From: Selaginella moellendorffii
Taxonomy: Eukaryota > Plantae > Lycopodiophyta
NCBI RefSeq assembly: GCF_000143415.4
Contig: NW_003314261.1
Location: forward strand, 620,001 to 684,000
Direction: 5' to 3'
DNA length: 64,000 bases
Positions 27,901 to 39,512 of the stretch are shown here, one piece after another (within the stretch, counting starts at the first letter, position 1; each line of letters starts with the position of its first letter). The position numbers were made by a program, and so were the translations under genes. The notes under the pieces are model-generated. The model did no database searches and was not told where the DNA came from. It saw nothing but the letters and a program-made list of their open reading frames with translations.

Positions 27901-30900
27901 GCTTCCAGGTAATGTCTCTCAGCTTCTAAGTACGAACCTGCATCAGAGCTCCACGGTGTTGTAAGTAATAAAGAAGGAAAAAGAAATAAAGACGAAATCT
28001 TGCATTACCTTCCTTTTCAAGCTGTTCCGCAAGATATAGATGAGTTTCATTCAGGGAATCCTACGGAAGACAACGGCGCAGAAACAACGGTATAAGCACA
28101 GAAATTAAAAGTTACACAAGCAACGCACCTTACGGTAGGTCGATACCAACAACAGCATATCATCGAAGAGCCGTGCTTTCTTGTACATGTTGATTGCCAT
28201 GTCATATTCAGAAGCGTGTACGTAGAGATTTTCGGCTTCTTTAAGCTCGCCCGCAGCCTCCAAGCGGCCGGCCCATTCGAGATATAATGCGGATGCTTCT
28301 GTACTTGATAAGTACTTGGAGGAAACCTTCACAAATAACACACAATTATTTTCAATATTTAAACCTTTTCAACCTTGTTCGCTTCTTGCAGCCTGCCGCA
28401 TCGTAAATACATTTCTATTGCTCTTTGCGGGAGTTTCGCTTGTATAAAGAATTTCTCTGCTTCGGCAAACTGCTTCGTCGACTCAAAATGTTCTGCAAGT
28501 CTCTGGTAGAAAGGGAAAGAGACCTGCAAAGACAATCGGATCTTCAAGAACTAAAAATTCTTACTTTAGGATCTTGTGTCTCCACAATATATACGGCTCG
28601 TTGCCACTGTGAAGCAGACAGTGCAGATTCGATGGCTTTCCTGCCACAACCCGCTTCAATAAAGTGACTGATTGCTGCATCAACCTGTTGAAGTACAACG
28701 CTGTCACATGTGCACGAAAAAAGTAAAACAACGACTTTCCTGCCGTTTTGAAACCAACCAGTCCCCCCATTCTTCTTCTAGGCGAGCTGCTTCACTCGGA
28801 AAATGTCGTCGCGCAAGATCAATTGCACAGCTATATGAATGGCCTTTGACGTAGGCATCTTTGGCTCTAGAAAATTGATGCAGCAGCTCCAAAAACTTGC
28901 CTGCCTATTCAAATACGATATTGTACATTTCGGAATCAGCATATTAGAGTAGGATACCTCTTCAAACATGTTAGCTCGAACGAGCGCTTCTGCAATACGT
29001 TCCAGTGTGTCACTCTGTCGAAAACGTTTAGAAACTTTGGAAAGGCACGGGTACGAAAGACCTGGAACTGGTACGTAGAGTGACGTTGAACACACTCTGC
29101 AGCACAGCCAGGAAGACCTCCATCCAAGAACAAGTCAATCGCGCCTAAGACATCACCTTCCGTTTCTTTCACCTTCCCTGCTTCCTCGTCCTGTTTAAAA
29201 GTGTTACTGTGCATCCTCAAATAAATCACGGACCTGGTTCGTCTGCAAGAGCCATTTGAAGTAACGATCCTGAAGCTCTTCACAACCTGCGTAGGTCTGA
29301 CTTTTAGCAACAGCTATTGCTTCTTTCCACCTAAATGACAAGATCAGCTACGCACATAATGAGAGAGAGAGAAAAAAATGATACCTGTGACACTCTGTAT
29401 ACATTTGTATGGACTCTGCAATGGACCCATGGTCCAGCAGAATACCTTCAGCTATCTGATGGAGAAGCACAACCAATTTAGTTCTCTGCACAAACGGAGA
29501 GATACACACCTTCCACTGATGCTGAAGAACTGCAAGCTTTGCCTTCACGAGATAATTGTCAGCTCCTACAGCTTGATCGGGAGGGCTAGCCTCAATCAGC
29601 TTATTGACCTGCACGCAAGTTTACGGACAGCAGCAAGAACTAGGAAGTGCTACCTTGTGAAGATAGCGAGCCTTGGATACATCACCTAGAGCTGCATAGC
29701 ACCTTTCAGCAAATGCTAACTCCATGTTTTCAAACGACTTTTCCGCCAGCTGATACAACAGAATACAGTCTCATAGAAATCAGAAAACCAAAAAAGAAAA
29801 ACAACACCTGTTTCCACATGGCTTCAATCTCAGCAGTAAATTCCAGCGACTCGAGAATTGAGACCGCACGGCCATAGTCCAGACATTCTAAAGCCACGCC
29901 AAATTCGATAAGAGCCTCGTCCAAGACATACGTTACCTGGATACATTTGTTGTTATCAAGTCAGAGTTGCGTGAAAAAATTGCAAACATGGTGATACCGT
30001 GTTTATGCCTTCACTCACAATCACTTCAGTTCGCTCTTGTCCTCTCTCGATTCCCGTAACTTCCCCCTGCGTGGAACAGTCACAGCTAGATAACAGTATG
30101 TAGGGAAATTAACATACCTTCATTTGAAAAATGGTAGCTTGCTCCGGGTTTTTTATAGTGTACCACACGTAAAGATTGTTTTGGTTCTGCAGTGGGTTGC
30201 TCAACAGAAATAGAAAGAAGAAAAAAGCCCAATATCATACCTGAGCGACTATTACATCACTCCCAGGAACCCATTGTACAAATGTACACAGGTTTAGCAA
30301 CATAGTGCGCTCCTGAAAGTGTCAAAAGTTGGTAAAGTTCATCTTTAAAAGTCAAAGTTCACCTCCGAGCTTATATTAAACAGATGAAGTTGGCGTTTCG
30401 CATCACGGAACAGCAGGTACGTAGACTGTGGATTCAAAGCGAGCCACTCAATTTTACAGGTGTGGTTTGCTGTCCCAACTGTTAACCCACTGAAAACTTA
30501 AATTTCAGCAGCGCTGTGTAGTCAAATTCTGCTAACCTCAAAAGATCTAGCACTCGAATAGTTTGAATGTCTATAAGGTACGCAATCCTTTTGATTTCGT
30601 CTTTTCCCGTGATCGTAGAGCCCGTGATGGATAAGCTGATTAACGATGGGTCGAAATCCTCAGTTCGACAGGTCCCTAACACTTCGTTAAAACCATATTC
30701 GATAACAACCACCTCTCCCGCATCATACATAATACATGCAAATGGATGCTCGAGCAAAAACTTTTCATTTCCACTAGTGTGCCATGATATCTGTAAGAGT
30801 TCGACTTTACGGTGGACATTCAGTGAAAAGTAACACTTACCTCAGATATCTTTCCAGTTTCAAAATTACCTAAGATAATAGTCCCCGAGGTATGTGCCAC

Positions 30901-32702
30901 GAGATACTGCAAAAACTATAAGAGATGAGACGATTGCATTGCAACGCAAACCTGCTCGTTGTAGATGTTAATTTTTGTAATTTCGAGTCCAAATTGCGAG
31001 CCAATAACCGTCTTGATTCCGACAGCCAATTTCGTTATGAGAACCTGTAACAATCGTAGGCAAAGCCAAGTTAACTACAAAGAATGTAGATGCGCCGTTA
31101 CCTGACTCTTCGTAATATATGTGAGTTCAAATTTTCCAAGATACCGTTGCCTGCGCATGCATGAATCAAAAACATCTAGCTTCCCACACAATGTCCCGAC
31201 AGCAAGCTGACTGAAAAAACTTCCGGAGGATATAAACGCTATCCAGTAGAAAACTAGAACAGACCTGCCGTCTGGATTCCACGTTAAGGCTGATACAGTA
31301 TACAGGTTCTCCACAACGTTGTCCAGAATAAGATTCCATCGGCCAGATTGATCCCAGCTACACATTCGTCTCGTCAAACCATGGACAAAACCCGGATCAA
31401 TTTGAAGCACCTGAAGATTTTGAAGCCGCCAAAGTGTCCCAAGGCAAGCGTATCTCCGCTGGGATGGAATGATCCCGAGCAAAACTCATGAGAAACCTGA
31501 GCAGAAAGTGGTTCACTGAATTTTTCTTCGAAAATGCCAAACCTTTCCGCTATATTCGAAATTCTGGCTGACAACTCCATTTGAGTCATACAAAGTAACC
31601 TACAAAGAAGGTAAGGACACTACCAGTAAACAAAGAATGTTGAGGGAACTTCACCTTACAATCCGGCCCAGCAACTGCTATGGCTTTTCCCCAAGCTATC
31701 ACCAGTGGCACTGTACCTGCGACACACGAAGGCTGGAGATAATATAACACAGGCCGAACAACAAAACACTTACTTCATCGTTATGTTTTAGTTGTCTAGC
31801 AGGCAGAAGAAATACCATGGCTTATCATTTTCATGGATGACACGCCGGGAGTTGAGTTATCAAGCATGAACCTTCGAGCCATGAAAAGTAAGACGGGATC
31901 GAACAATAAGAATGCTTACTTGTATATGGAGCCGTCTAAGTGACCAGCAAGGCATGAGAAACCATCTGTGCTAGAGGCCAGACTGACCACCGCACTACCG
32001 CTTCCGTGAGCATACACTGTATGGCTCCTGTTTGTTCTCAATTGTCCAATCTGGAAACTTAAAGTTTGTAACAATGCAAGATCGAGAAGGAAAGAACTGT
32101 GTTGCATACCTTCACCTTTCCCTCAGTGAGACCATAGAAAATCTCCTGTTGGCGAGACAGAGGCCAGATTATGCTTACAACGGACGAGGCCTCTTGAAAC
32201 TTGTTACAAATGGATTTTTTCTCACCCCAGTCCAGTCTGCAAGCAAAGTTCCAAGGTAATAATCCAAGAATGACTGGGGACAAAAGGTACCCGAGCTTGT
32301 AAATAAAAACGATTTCGTCACTTTGGCCGATCGCTAGCTTTGTGCTGTCGCTAGAGAACACCATCGATGTCACTGCATAATGTTTCGAGCCCTGGAGATA
32401 GACGAGAAAAAAAAAACGAACAAGTCCATGAGAAATTTTCGCTAGAAAGAGCCGTTCTAACCTTTGGATCACCAGGTTTTGTAGCAAAGCGATCCTTGAG
32501 CTCACCATTCTCATCGAAAAGATTCACAATCCGGCTCAATGTCGCGACGGCGAGCCTCCGACTAGAAAACCAAGCATCGAAATAAATCCGTGTCGCGCAA
32601 ACATCACGAATCCACGCACCTGTTAGGGCTCCACGCTAGAGCAGTGACCTTGTCGATCTGAGTGCCTCCCGGCATGAGCGATCGTCCATGGCGGAGCTGC
32701 AT
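24954..32702 (-). CDS. IFT172: Intraflagellar transport protein 172 (WD40 + TPR-like solenoid), many small introns
   Basis: Starts MQLRHGRSLMP...KVTALAWSPN; LFDENGELKDRFATKP; WGEKKSICNKF; LDEALIEFG; WAVSLGGEAG; LEDEGRFGEAEDQFIKAGRPREAIDMY; AFVYLNDYLDI; C-terminal CCVTGYPV...CPWC. Confidence 0.95.
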
Positions 32703-33058
32703 TCTCTCGATCGCCTAGCCCTAGTTCTTTACTGGAGGGCGGAATATTTCTCTTTTAAGAGAATATACCTCTTTTTGAAATTGCCAATTCAGCCCTAGAG
32801 AAAATGTGGCGTAGGGTTCCGAGAGGTGCGTGTGGCTACCGCCATCGCCATCGCTACTCCTTGCAATCCAGAGCGCGATTTCCAGGTATGGATCCAGGTA
32901 TTTCCTGGCGATCCGAGATCCCGGCGGATAGATGATCGTGGAAACGGGTTTTCGGGCAAATGCGGCTGCAGCGATGGAGTTTTAGGCTATGGCATGTGGT
33001 GTGACATGGGGCTGGAAGATCTAGACTATGCGTTTCCATGGCGTGCTAGTTGTTTATC

Positions 33059-34745
33059 ATGGGAGATACAGCTGGTTTTGACACCAGTGACAACCGCAAA
33101 GGATTTGGACTCGCTCTAGCTTCCAGTGTGTTCATCGGCTCCAGTTTTATCATCAAGAAGAAAGGATTGAAACGCGCAGCTGCGGACGGAGTAAGAGCAG
33201 GTCATAAGACTTTACATTTTTTTTTTTCGTTTCTCCGAGTGTTTCAATCTATCTCTTTGTTCTTCCCAGGTTCTGGAGGGTATTCGTATCTCTATGAGCC
33301 TTTGTGGTGGGTCGGGATGATGACGAGTAAGTGTTTTCTTTTTTAATTGTTTCTTGAGCTCGTGAAAGATTGATTGATTGAAAAGACAAATAATCTTTGT
33401 TATGGCAGTGATTGTGGGAGAAATCGCAAACTTTGCTGCTTATGCATTTGCTCCAGCGATACTTGTGACTCCTCTCGGTGCTCTCAGCATCATCGTGAGG
33501 TAAAGATCATTTTCACAAGCAGCAAACGATAGTTTATGTTTTGTTTGCTTGAGTAGTGCTACCTTAGCGCATTTTGTGCTCAAGGAGAAGCTCCATGTAC
33601 TCGGGATGCTGGGCTGCCTTCTTTGTATTGTCGGATCGATCACTATCGTGCTCCACGCACCAGGGGAGCGAGTAATGACTTCAGTGACGGAGATTTGGGA
33701 TGCTGCTACTCAACCTGGTATACTTTGGACCCGAATGCATTAAAATGTGTAAGTTTGTATACACATAGGTGTGTAAGCAGATTAAGTTTCCACTGATAAA
33801 CTTGGCTTTCTTTTTTCTCTTGTATCCAGGATTTATGCTCTATGCACTGTGTGTGTTGTCTTTGGTCATGATGCTGAAGATCCATTTTGTTCCCCAGTAT
33901 GGAAACACTCACGTAATGGTTTACATTGGCATTTGCTCCCTGGTGGGCTCTCTTTCGGTGAGAAAACTCGAGCTTATTTCTTGTCGTTTTTCTTTCTGAA
34001 AGTTTGGACTGGATGCGCAGGTCATGAGCGTGAAAGCCCTTGGAATTGCCTTGAAACTAACGTTTCAAGGCCAGAACCAGCTGATATATGTCCAGTCGTG
34101 GATATTTGCAATCTTTGTGGCTGTTTGCGTTGTCACGCAAATGAATTACTTGAACAAGGTACAAACAAATGCTTTGATGTCGATCCAACAAGTTAACGCT
34201 TTTGCTCTTGTTTTTGTTGTTGATCCGGCAGGCACTCGACACTTTCAACACTGCCATCGTTTCTCCAGTCTACTACGTCATGTTCACAGCGCTGACAATC
34301 CTCGCGAGCGTGATAATGTTCAAGGTAACACGCTCAGTTCTCTCCCTTGGACCTGATGAATGATTCGTGGCAATTATAGCTACTCACACAGGACTGGGAT
34401 GGACAAACACCGTCCACGATCGTGACCGAGCTTTGCGGATTCATCACCATCCTTTCGGGGACGTTTTTGCTGCATGTCACCAAGGACCTTGGTGACAACG
34501 CGTTGGATTCGGGAATGAGTAAGCTAGCTTTTGCAAAGTTTCTTCCTAGGAAAGCTTTGATCTGATCGTTTTCTCTTTTTTGCGACACAGGCATTTATAC
34601 TGGAATGACTCCATCAACGTCGACTAGATTATCAGTAGAGATTGGGGGCTTTAGACATTTTGAGACCAACGAGCTCGAGATGGAAGGGATTGACATGGAG
34701 AACATCCCGCTGAGAAGAGAACCAGCAGCTCGGCTGGTTTTTTGA
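33059..34745 (+). CDS. Probable magnesium transporter NIPA (DUF803), multi-exon
   Basis: [79 protein letters not shown]. Confidence 0.95.
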
Positions 34746-35078
34746 TCGATTGAGGTTTTAGATGGTTTTTTCTCTTTGTTATTACCTTTGGATCTTTTTC
34801 GTTCTTCCTTTGACATGTATATAGAGAAAGAGGAGATAAGAAATGGCTACGTGGCGTCAACGCACTGGCCAATGTGATGCTGTTTCGCGCCATGTCTTTC
34901 GAATCGCCGTCGTATATTCTGGGGACAGGTGGCGGAATGTCCGTGACGGATGAGCATATTCGCAAGACATTCCGTCGAGTGGGGTTCTTGAGGTTCTCGT
35001 TTAGATCATCCGCCTTGCCTGCCAGTGCGCGAGAGGGAGAGGGAAATTTGGGGCCGGGAGTGCGAATTCGCGGGCGCG

Positions 35079-35925
35079 ATGGCGGCAACAGTGGCGGCAT
35101 TCACCGCCGCTCCATCATCTTGCTGCGCGGCAGCAGCGTCGGCGGCAGCATCGGCTTCGTCGTCGCCGGCTTCGGCGATCCGGCCGCTTCCACTGAGGAG
35201 AGCGTTCCATGGCGCTCCCGTGAAGCTGCACAGCGCGACAATGCCAGGTTAGTGAGAATCCATCCATTGCTCGCGAAATATTTTTGTGGTACCTAGAGTA
35301 TGTCCTTAGCGGAATTTTTAGTGCTTGCCATCGATCACTGTGTGATTGAGGATTTTGGCCGCCTCGCAGGATCTTTGAGGTTTGCTCCTCTGAAGGCAAC
35401 GACCTCGTCCGAGGAAAGTGGCACGACAACATCCACGGAAGACGTGAGCAAGCAAGTCGAGGACATCTTTTCAGATTTGAAGACCAAGGTTTGGCATGCA
35501 GCATCCGATGAGAGCGTTGTCTCACTTCATATCTTTCTTTGCAGTGGGAATCTGTGGAGAACAAGAGCACTGTTCTGGTTTACGGTGGTGGAGCGCTTGT
35601 GACACTGTGGTTCTCGGCAACGATAGTTGGAGCTATCAACTCTGTTCCATTGGTTAGTGTCACTTGAGAAAAAATCACAATTGCGGTGGCTTACGAAACA
35701 TTTTCTGCTGATCGATCGATCAGCTTCCAAAGGTGATGGAGCTCGTCGGACTGGGATACACTGGCTGGTTCGTCTATCGGTACCTTCTCTTCAAGGTACG
35801 ATTGTTTTCTAGCTCAGAACTCCTCCAGAAGCTGAAAGAATCCGTGCTCGTGGCAGTCGAGTAGAAAGGAGCTCTTGGAAGACGTGGAGGAGCTCAAGAA
35901 GAAGATCACGGGCGCAACCGAGTAA
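35079..35925 (+). CDS. CURT1: CURVATURE THYLAKOID 1 family (CAAD domain), CURT1A-like
   Basis: Ala/Ser-rich transit peptide; WESVENKSTVLVYGGGALV; AINSVPL; LPKVMELVGLGYTGWFVYRYLLFK; SSRKELLEDVEELKKKI. Confidence 0.93.
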
Positions 35926-36213
35926 GACGAGCGATCCGATCACTCAGTAGCAAAGTTTGATCCTCTTACAAAGTGGCCTTTTGCCTGGAAGGAAACAGGT
36001 CGGTTTGATCGCTCGCCTCGAGATCAAACTCACCCGGTTCCGATTTTGGGAAGAAAGAAAAGAAAAATTCAAGCGCAAAAACCAAAAGAAGATCCTCCAG
36101 GAAAGTTGGAAGTTTTACGAAACGACAGGCAAACTTTCATATCTTCTCGATGATCAAACTTATACATATAGGTACTTATACCAAGCAAAAGATCGAGCAC
36201 ACCAAGCGAGAGA

Positions 36214-37287
36214 TCAATTCTCGAGAGATCGATCGGCTTCGACCTTGGCCTCTCGATCAGCTTCTACCTCGGCTTCTCGCGAAGAAGAGAATATCCCCCA
36301 GCTATGGTGGCTCTTCTTCTCGCCATCGTCCCCTTCGTCCTCGTCCTCGTCCTCGTCTTTACACCCCTCTTTCTTCTTGAGCGTAGTCTTCCCTCCTTCC
36401 TTGGAGATGGGCAAATGCATTGGCCCGAATGGAGTCTCCACCTCCAATTTCCCCACCAAGCTATAGCCAGCGCCGCGGCCACGGATGATCCCCCACAGCG
36501 CGGATCCAAAATCCTTGGGACGAAACGAGATGGGCACCTCCAAGAACCCTACTCCATCGCCGGCAATGTCCGCGGACTGCCCGAGCTTGGCGCGGCTGAT
36601 CGGCGTGTCCGCCAGCGTGAGCTCGAATTCCAGCTCGCGCACGCCCAGATCGAATTTGTTCTTGTTCTCCACCTTGATCTTCATCGTCGCCGCGGTCTCC
36701 TCGAGCGAGAGGCGATCCCACTCCACGCTATCCACATCCACGTCGGGCTTGTAAGGGATGGGGATCTCGCCCGTCTTCTCCAGCGGGATCGTGATCCGCC
36801 CAAACACCGGCACGTCGATCAAGAGCGCGACCTTGGCGCGGTAGGGGATCACCGCGCCGGGCTTGATATCATCGTAGGTGTCCTCGATGTCCTTGTAGAT
36901 CAGGGTGAGAGGGATCTTCACCGTCTCGGATCCGTGCGCGTGGATCGTACCCGCGTCGGGGATCGTCCCGGAGACGAGCTTGCGGCCATCGCTCTCGATC
37001 AGGTACTCGATGTCGACCAGAGGAATGGGGACTGGATTGGGGTTCCTGATGAGCACGTCCACGACCACATCGGCCTTCTCGAGATTGATGCTGGGGAGAT
37101 GGAATCCACTCACGCTGGCCGTGGGCTTGCCGAAACCTATCGTCTCCTCGATCTTCTCCCCAATGTCGTGGATGAAATCCTTTACCTTGGCCATGAATCC
37201 CTCGGACTCCTGCTCTTCCTGGTGATCTTTGCTCTTGGCGCCGCGCTCCGCGACCTCGATGCTGCTGGGATCGGACGAATCGGCCAT
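36214..37287 (-). CDS. Tandem LEA_2 (WHy) domain protein
   Basis: KVKDFIHDIGEKIEETIGFGKPTA, NPNPVPIPLVDI, PDAGTIHAHGSETV, second WHy domain, acidic tail; intronless. Upstream in-frame ATG at 37317. Confidence 0.93.
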   Translation of the reverse strand: MADSSDPSSIEVAERGAKSKDHQEEQESEGFMAKVKDFIHDIGEKIEETIGFGKPTASVSGFHLPSINLEKADVVVDVLIRNPNPVPIPLVDIEYLIESDGRKLVSGTIPDAGTIHAHGSETVKIPLTLIYKDIEDTYDDIKPGAVIPYRAKVALLIDVPVFGRITIPLEKTGEIPIPYKPDVDVDSVEWDRLSLEETAATMKIKVENKNKFDLGVRELEFELTLADTPISRAKLGQSADIAGDGVGFLEVPISFRPKDFGSALWGIIRGRGAGYSLVGKLEVETPFGPMHLPISKEGGKTTLKKKEGCKDEDEDEDEGDDGEKKSHHSWGIFSSSREAEVEADREAKVEADRSLEN

Positions 37288-37559
37288 GGATTTGGAGTAA
37301 GATTGGATCGAATGCACGATGGAAGAAAGCGAGCTTCTTCTTTTAGAGTGTAGTGTCGGTGGACCTTAGACGCGTTGCGCAGGGGCAGGATTCGATCCCT
37401 AGTAGTCTCATTTTTCTACCTCTACCGCATTTCATTTTAACGTCCTCTTTTTTACCCTTTGTCTAAATTATAGGGCTAAGATTCGAACACACGATTGTCC
37501 TTTCCTAGCAGTCGCTTTTGATTTTTTCTTCTGGCGAGCGATCGAGCAATCGATCGCTG

Positions 37560-39404
37560 ATGTCCGCCTATGGCCGATCAAGGCGCTTGCTTCTTGTAGC
37601 CGTGGCAGCAGCGGCGCTGCTCGGATTCTTCTCCCCAGCGCGATTGCTCGTTCTCGGCCAATCTTCTTGCCCTCTGGATTTCTCGGTGACTGCCGACGAG
37701 TTTGCTTTCGCGAGGAATGACAGGGATCCGGGACGCCAGTGTCTGGCCGTGAGGGAGGAGCTCAACCTTGTCATCGCGGCGCAGCTCAACAGGACGCAGA
37801 GATTCTTGTTCCCAGCAGCCACCGCATCGTCATGCATCCAAGATTTCCAGGCGTCGCTCCAGCGCCAGGGCGTGGCTCCAAATATCACGGTACGGTGTAG
37901 CATCGATTCTCAGACTCTAGAATCAGGATCCACGCGCTGCCCGAATTTCACCAGCGTCGGGGATTTCACGAGCGCCACGAGCTCGGCCTCCATAGTGAAT
38001 ATCCAGACGAACTGCCGAGGAAATATTGGAGATGGGCCGTCTTGCAGCGCTTGCACTGCCGCTGTGGTGAGCTCGGTGAGCTTTCGATCCAATGGCAGCA
38101 CTTGCCTGGATTACGCTCACATCTACGCTGCCTCCATCGTGAATCTTGATGGCCCGACGGATCCAGGCACAGTGGCATGCATGTTCTTCAACCAGGGAAG
38201 CCGAGGTGGGGAGAAAAGAGAGGTCTGGAAGATCGCTTTGATCGTGGTGGCTGGATTTTTAGCGTTAAGTGGCACAGGAGTGCTGGCTTGGCTATGGTGG
38301 AGGAAACGCTGCAAGGATAAATCTCGAAGGAAGCTGCTGGAGGATCGAGACTCCACTCTCGAGAGATCGATGCATTCCAACGCGAGCTTGATTCGCTTCG
38401 ACATGCACGAGATGAAGGCGGCGACCAGGAACTTCCACCGGACGACGCTCATCGGGCAAGGTGGCTATGGAAACGTTTACAAGGGAGTTCTCAAGGATGG
38501 AACGGTGGTGGCACTCAAGAGATTCAAGAACTGCTCTCCCGCGGGTGACGAGGGATTCGTCCACGAGATGGAGATGATCAGCAGCGTCCGGCACAAGAAC
38601 TTGGCTCCTCTCTTGGGGTGGTGCATTGGAAGCAGCCGCAGCGAGGGACACCAGAGGATCATCGTCTACGAGTTCATGTCCAACGGCAGCCTCGACGATC
38701 ACCTCTTTGGGAAGTTTAAGAAGAACCTCGACTGGCCGACTCGCCAGAAGATAGCGATTGGAACGGCCAAAGGATTGGCATACTTGCACAACGGTGCGCA
38801 GCCAGCGATCATCCACAGGGACATCAAAGGTGGCAACATTCTCCTGGATTCGGAATTCAACGCCAAAGTCGCGGACTTCGGCCTCGCCAAGTTCGCTCCC
38901 GAGGGGATGACACACATGACGACTGGAGTTGCTGGAACCCAAGGCTACGTCGCTCCAGAGTACGTTCTCTACAATCAGCTGACCGACAGGAGCGACGTCT
39001 ACAGCTTTGGGATCGTGTTCTTGGAGCTGCTCAGCGGGAGAAAGGCGCTGGTTCACACTCCAGCCAGCGACACGCCGGTGCCCATCGCGGACTGGGCGTG
39101 GTCAGTGATGAAAGAGACGCGGATCGTGGATATTTTGCAGCAGCCCATGGACAAGCTGGGAGACGAGGAGGTGATGGAGAGTTTTATACTGGTGGCACTC
39201 CTGTGCGCTCATCCCCAGGTAGCTTACAGGCCGAGCATGGCACAGGTTGTCAAGATGCTGGAGAACGATCTCGCGGTGCCGTCCATGCCCGAGAGGCCGA
39301 TCCCACTCATGGTAAACGCGCAGGAGCTCGCCTCCACGACCGGGACGAGCTACTCGGGCTCGGTTCCATTCTACTTCAGCAGCTCGGGAGAACTTCCCAG
39401 GTGA
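37560..39404 (+). CDS. RKF3-like receptor kinase (Cys-rich SPARK ectodomain, TM, kinase)
   Basis: Signal peptide, CPLDF...C-rich ectodomain, GPTDPGTVACMF, TM, GQGGYGNVYKG, ALKRFKNCSPAGD, EGHQRIIV, HRDIK, DFGLAKF. Confidence 0.92.
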   Translation: MSAYGRSRRLLLVAVAAAALLGFFSPARLLVLGQSSCPLDFSVTADEFAFARNDRDPGRQCLAVREELNLVIAAQLNRTQRFLFPAATASSCIQDFQASLQRQGVAPNITVRCSIDSQTLESGSTRCPNFTSVGDFTSATSSASIVNIQTNCRGNIGDGPSCSACTAAVVSSVSFRSNGSTCLDYAHIYAASIVNLDGPTDPGTVACMFFNQGSRGGEKREVWKIALIVVAGFLALSGTGVLAWLWWRKRCKDKSRRKLLEDRDSTLERSMHSNASLIRFDMHEMKAATRNFHRTTLIGQGGYGNVYKGVLKDGTVVALKRFKNCSPAGDEGFVHEMEMISSVRHKNLAPLLGWCIGSSRSEGHQRIIVYEFMSNGSLDDHLFGKFKKNLDWPTRQKIAIGTAKGLAYLHNGAQPAIIHRDIKGGNILLDSEFNAKVADFGLAKFAPEGMTHMTTGVAGTQGYVAPEYVLYNQLTDRSDVYSFGIVFLELLSGRKALVHTPASDTPVPIADWAWSVMKETRIVDILQQPMDKLGDEEVMESFILVALLCAHPQVAYRPSMAQVVKMLENDLAVPSMPERPIPLMVNAQELASTTGTSYSGSVPFYFSSSGELPR

Positions 39405-39512
39405 CCTCCACAGCACAGTTTCTTCTACTTACATTTATATGCTTTCTTCCGAGGAGTTTGGAAGATCTCCATCGCTCGCGAGTTCTATGAGACGGCACAG
39501 TCGAGTTTCTAT

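Noticed and set aside
24954-32702. Ciliary gene in a plant as HGT or contamination
   Set aside because: Seed-free plants have flagellated sperm and retain IFT genes; intron style matches the neighbours.
36304-37353. 349-aa ORF antisense to the LEA_2 gene
   Set aside because: Codon-register mirror of a GC3-rich CDS with no recognisable motifs; expected shadow ORF.
38292-39056. 254-aa antisense ORF inside the RLK (and similar ones inside the PPR and peroxidase genes)
   Set aside because: Shadow ORFs of GC-rich coding sequence.
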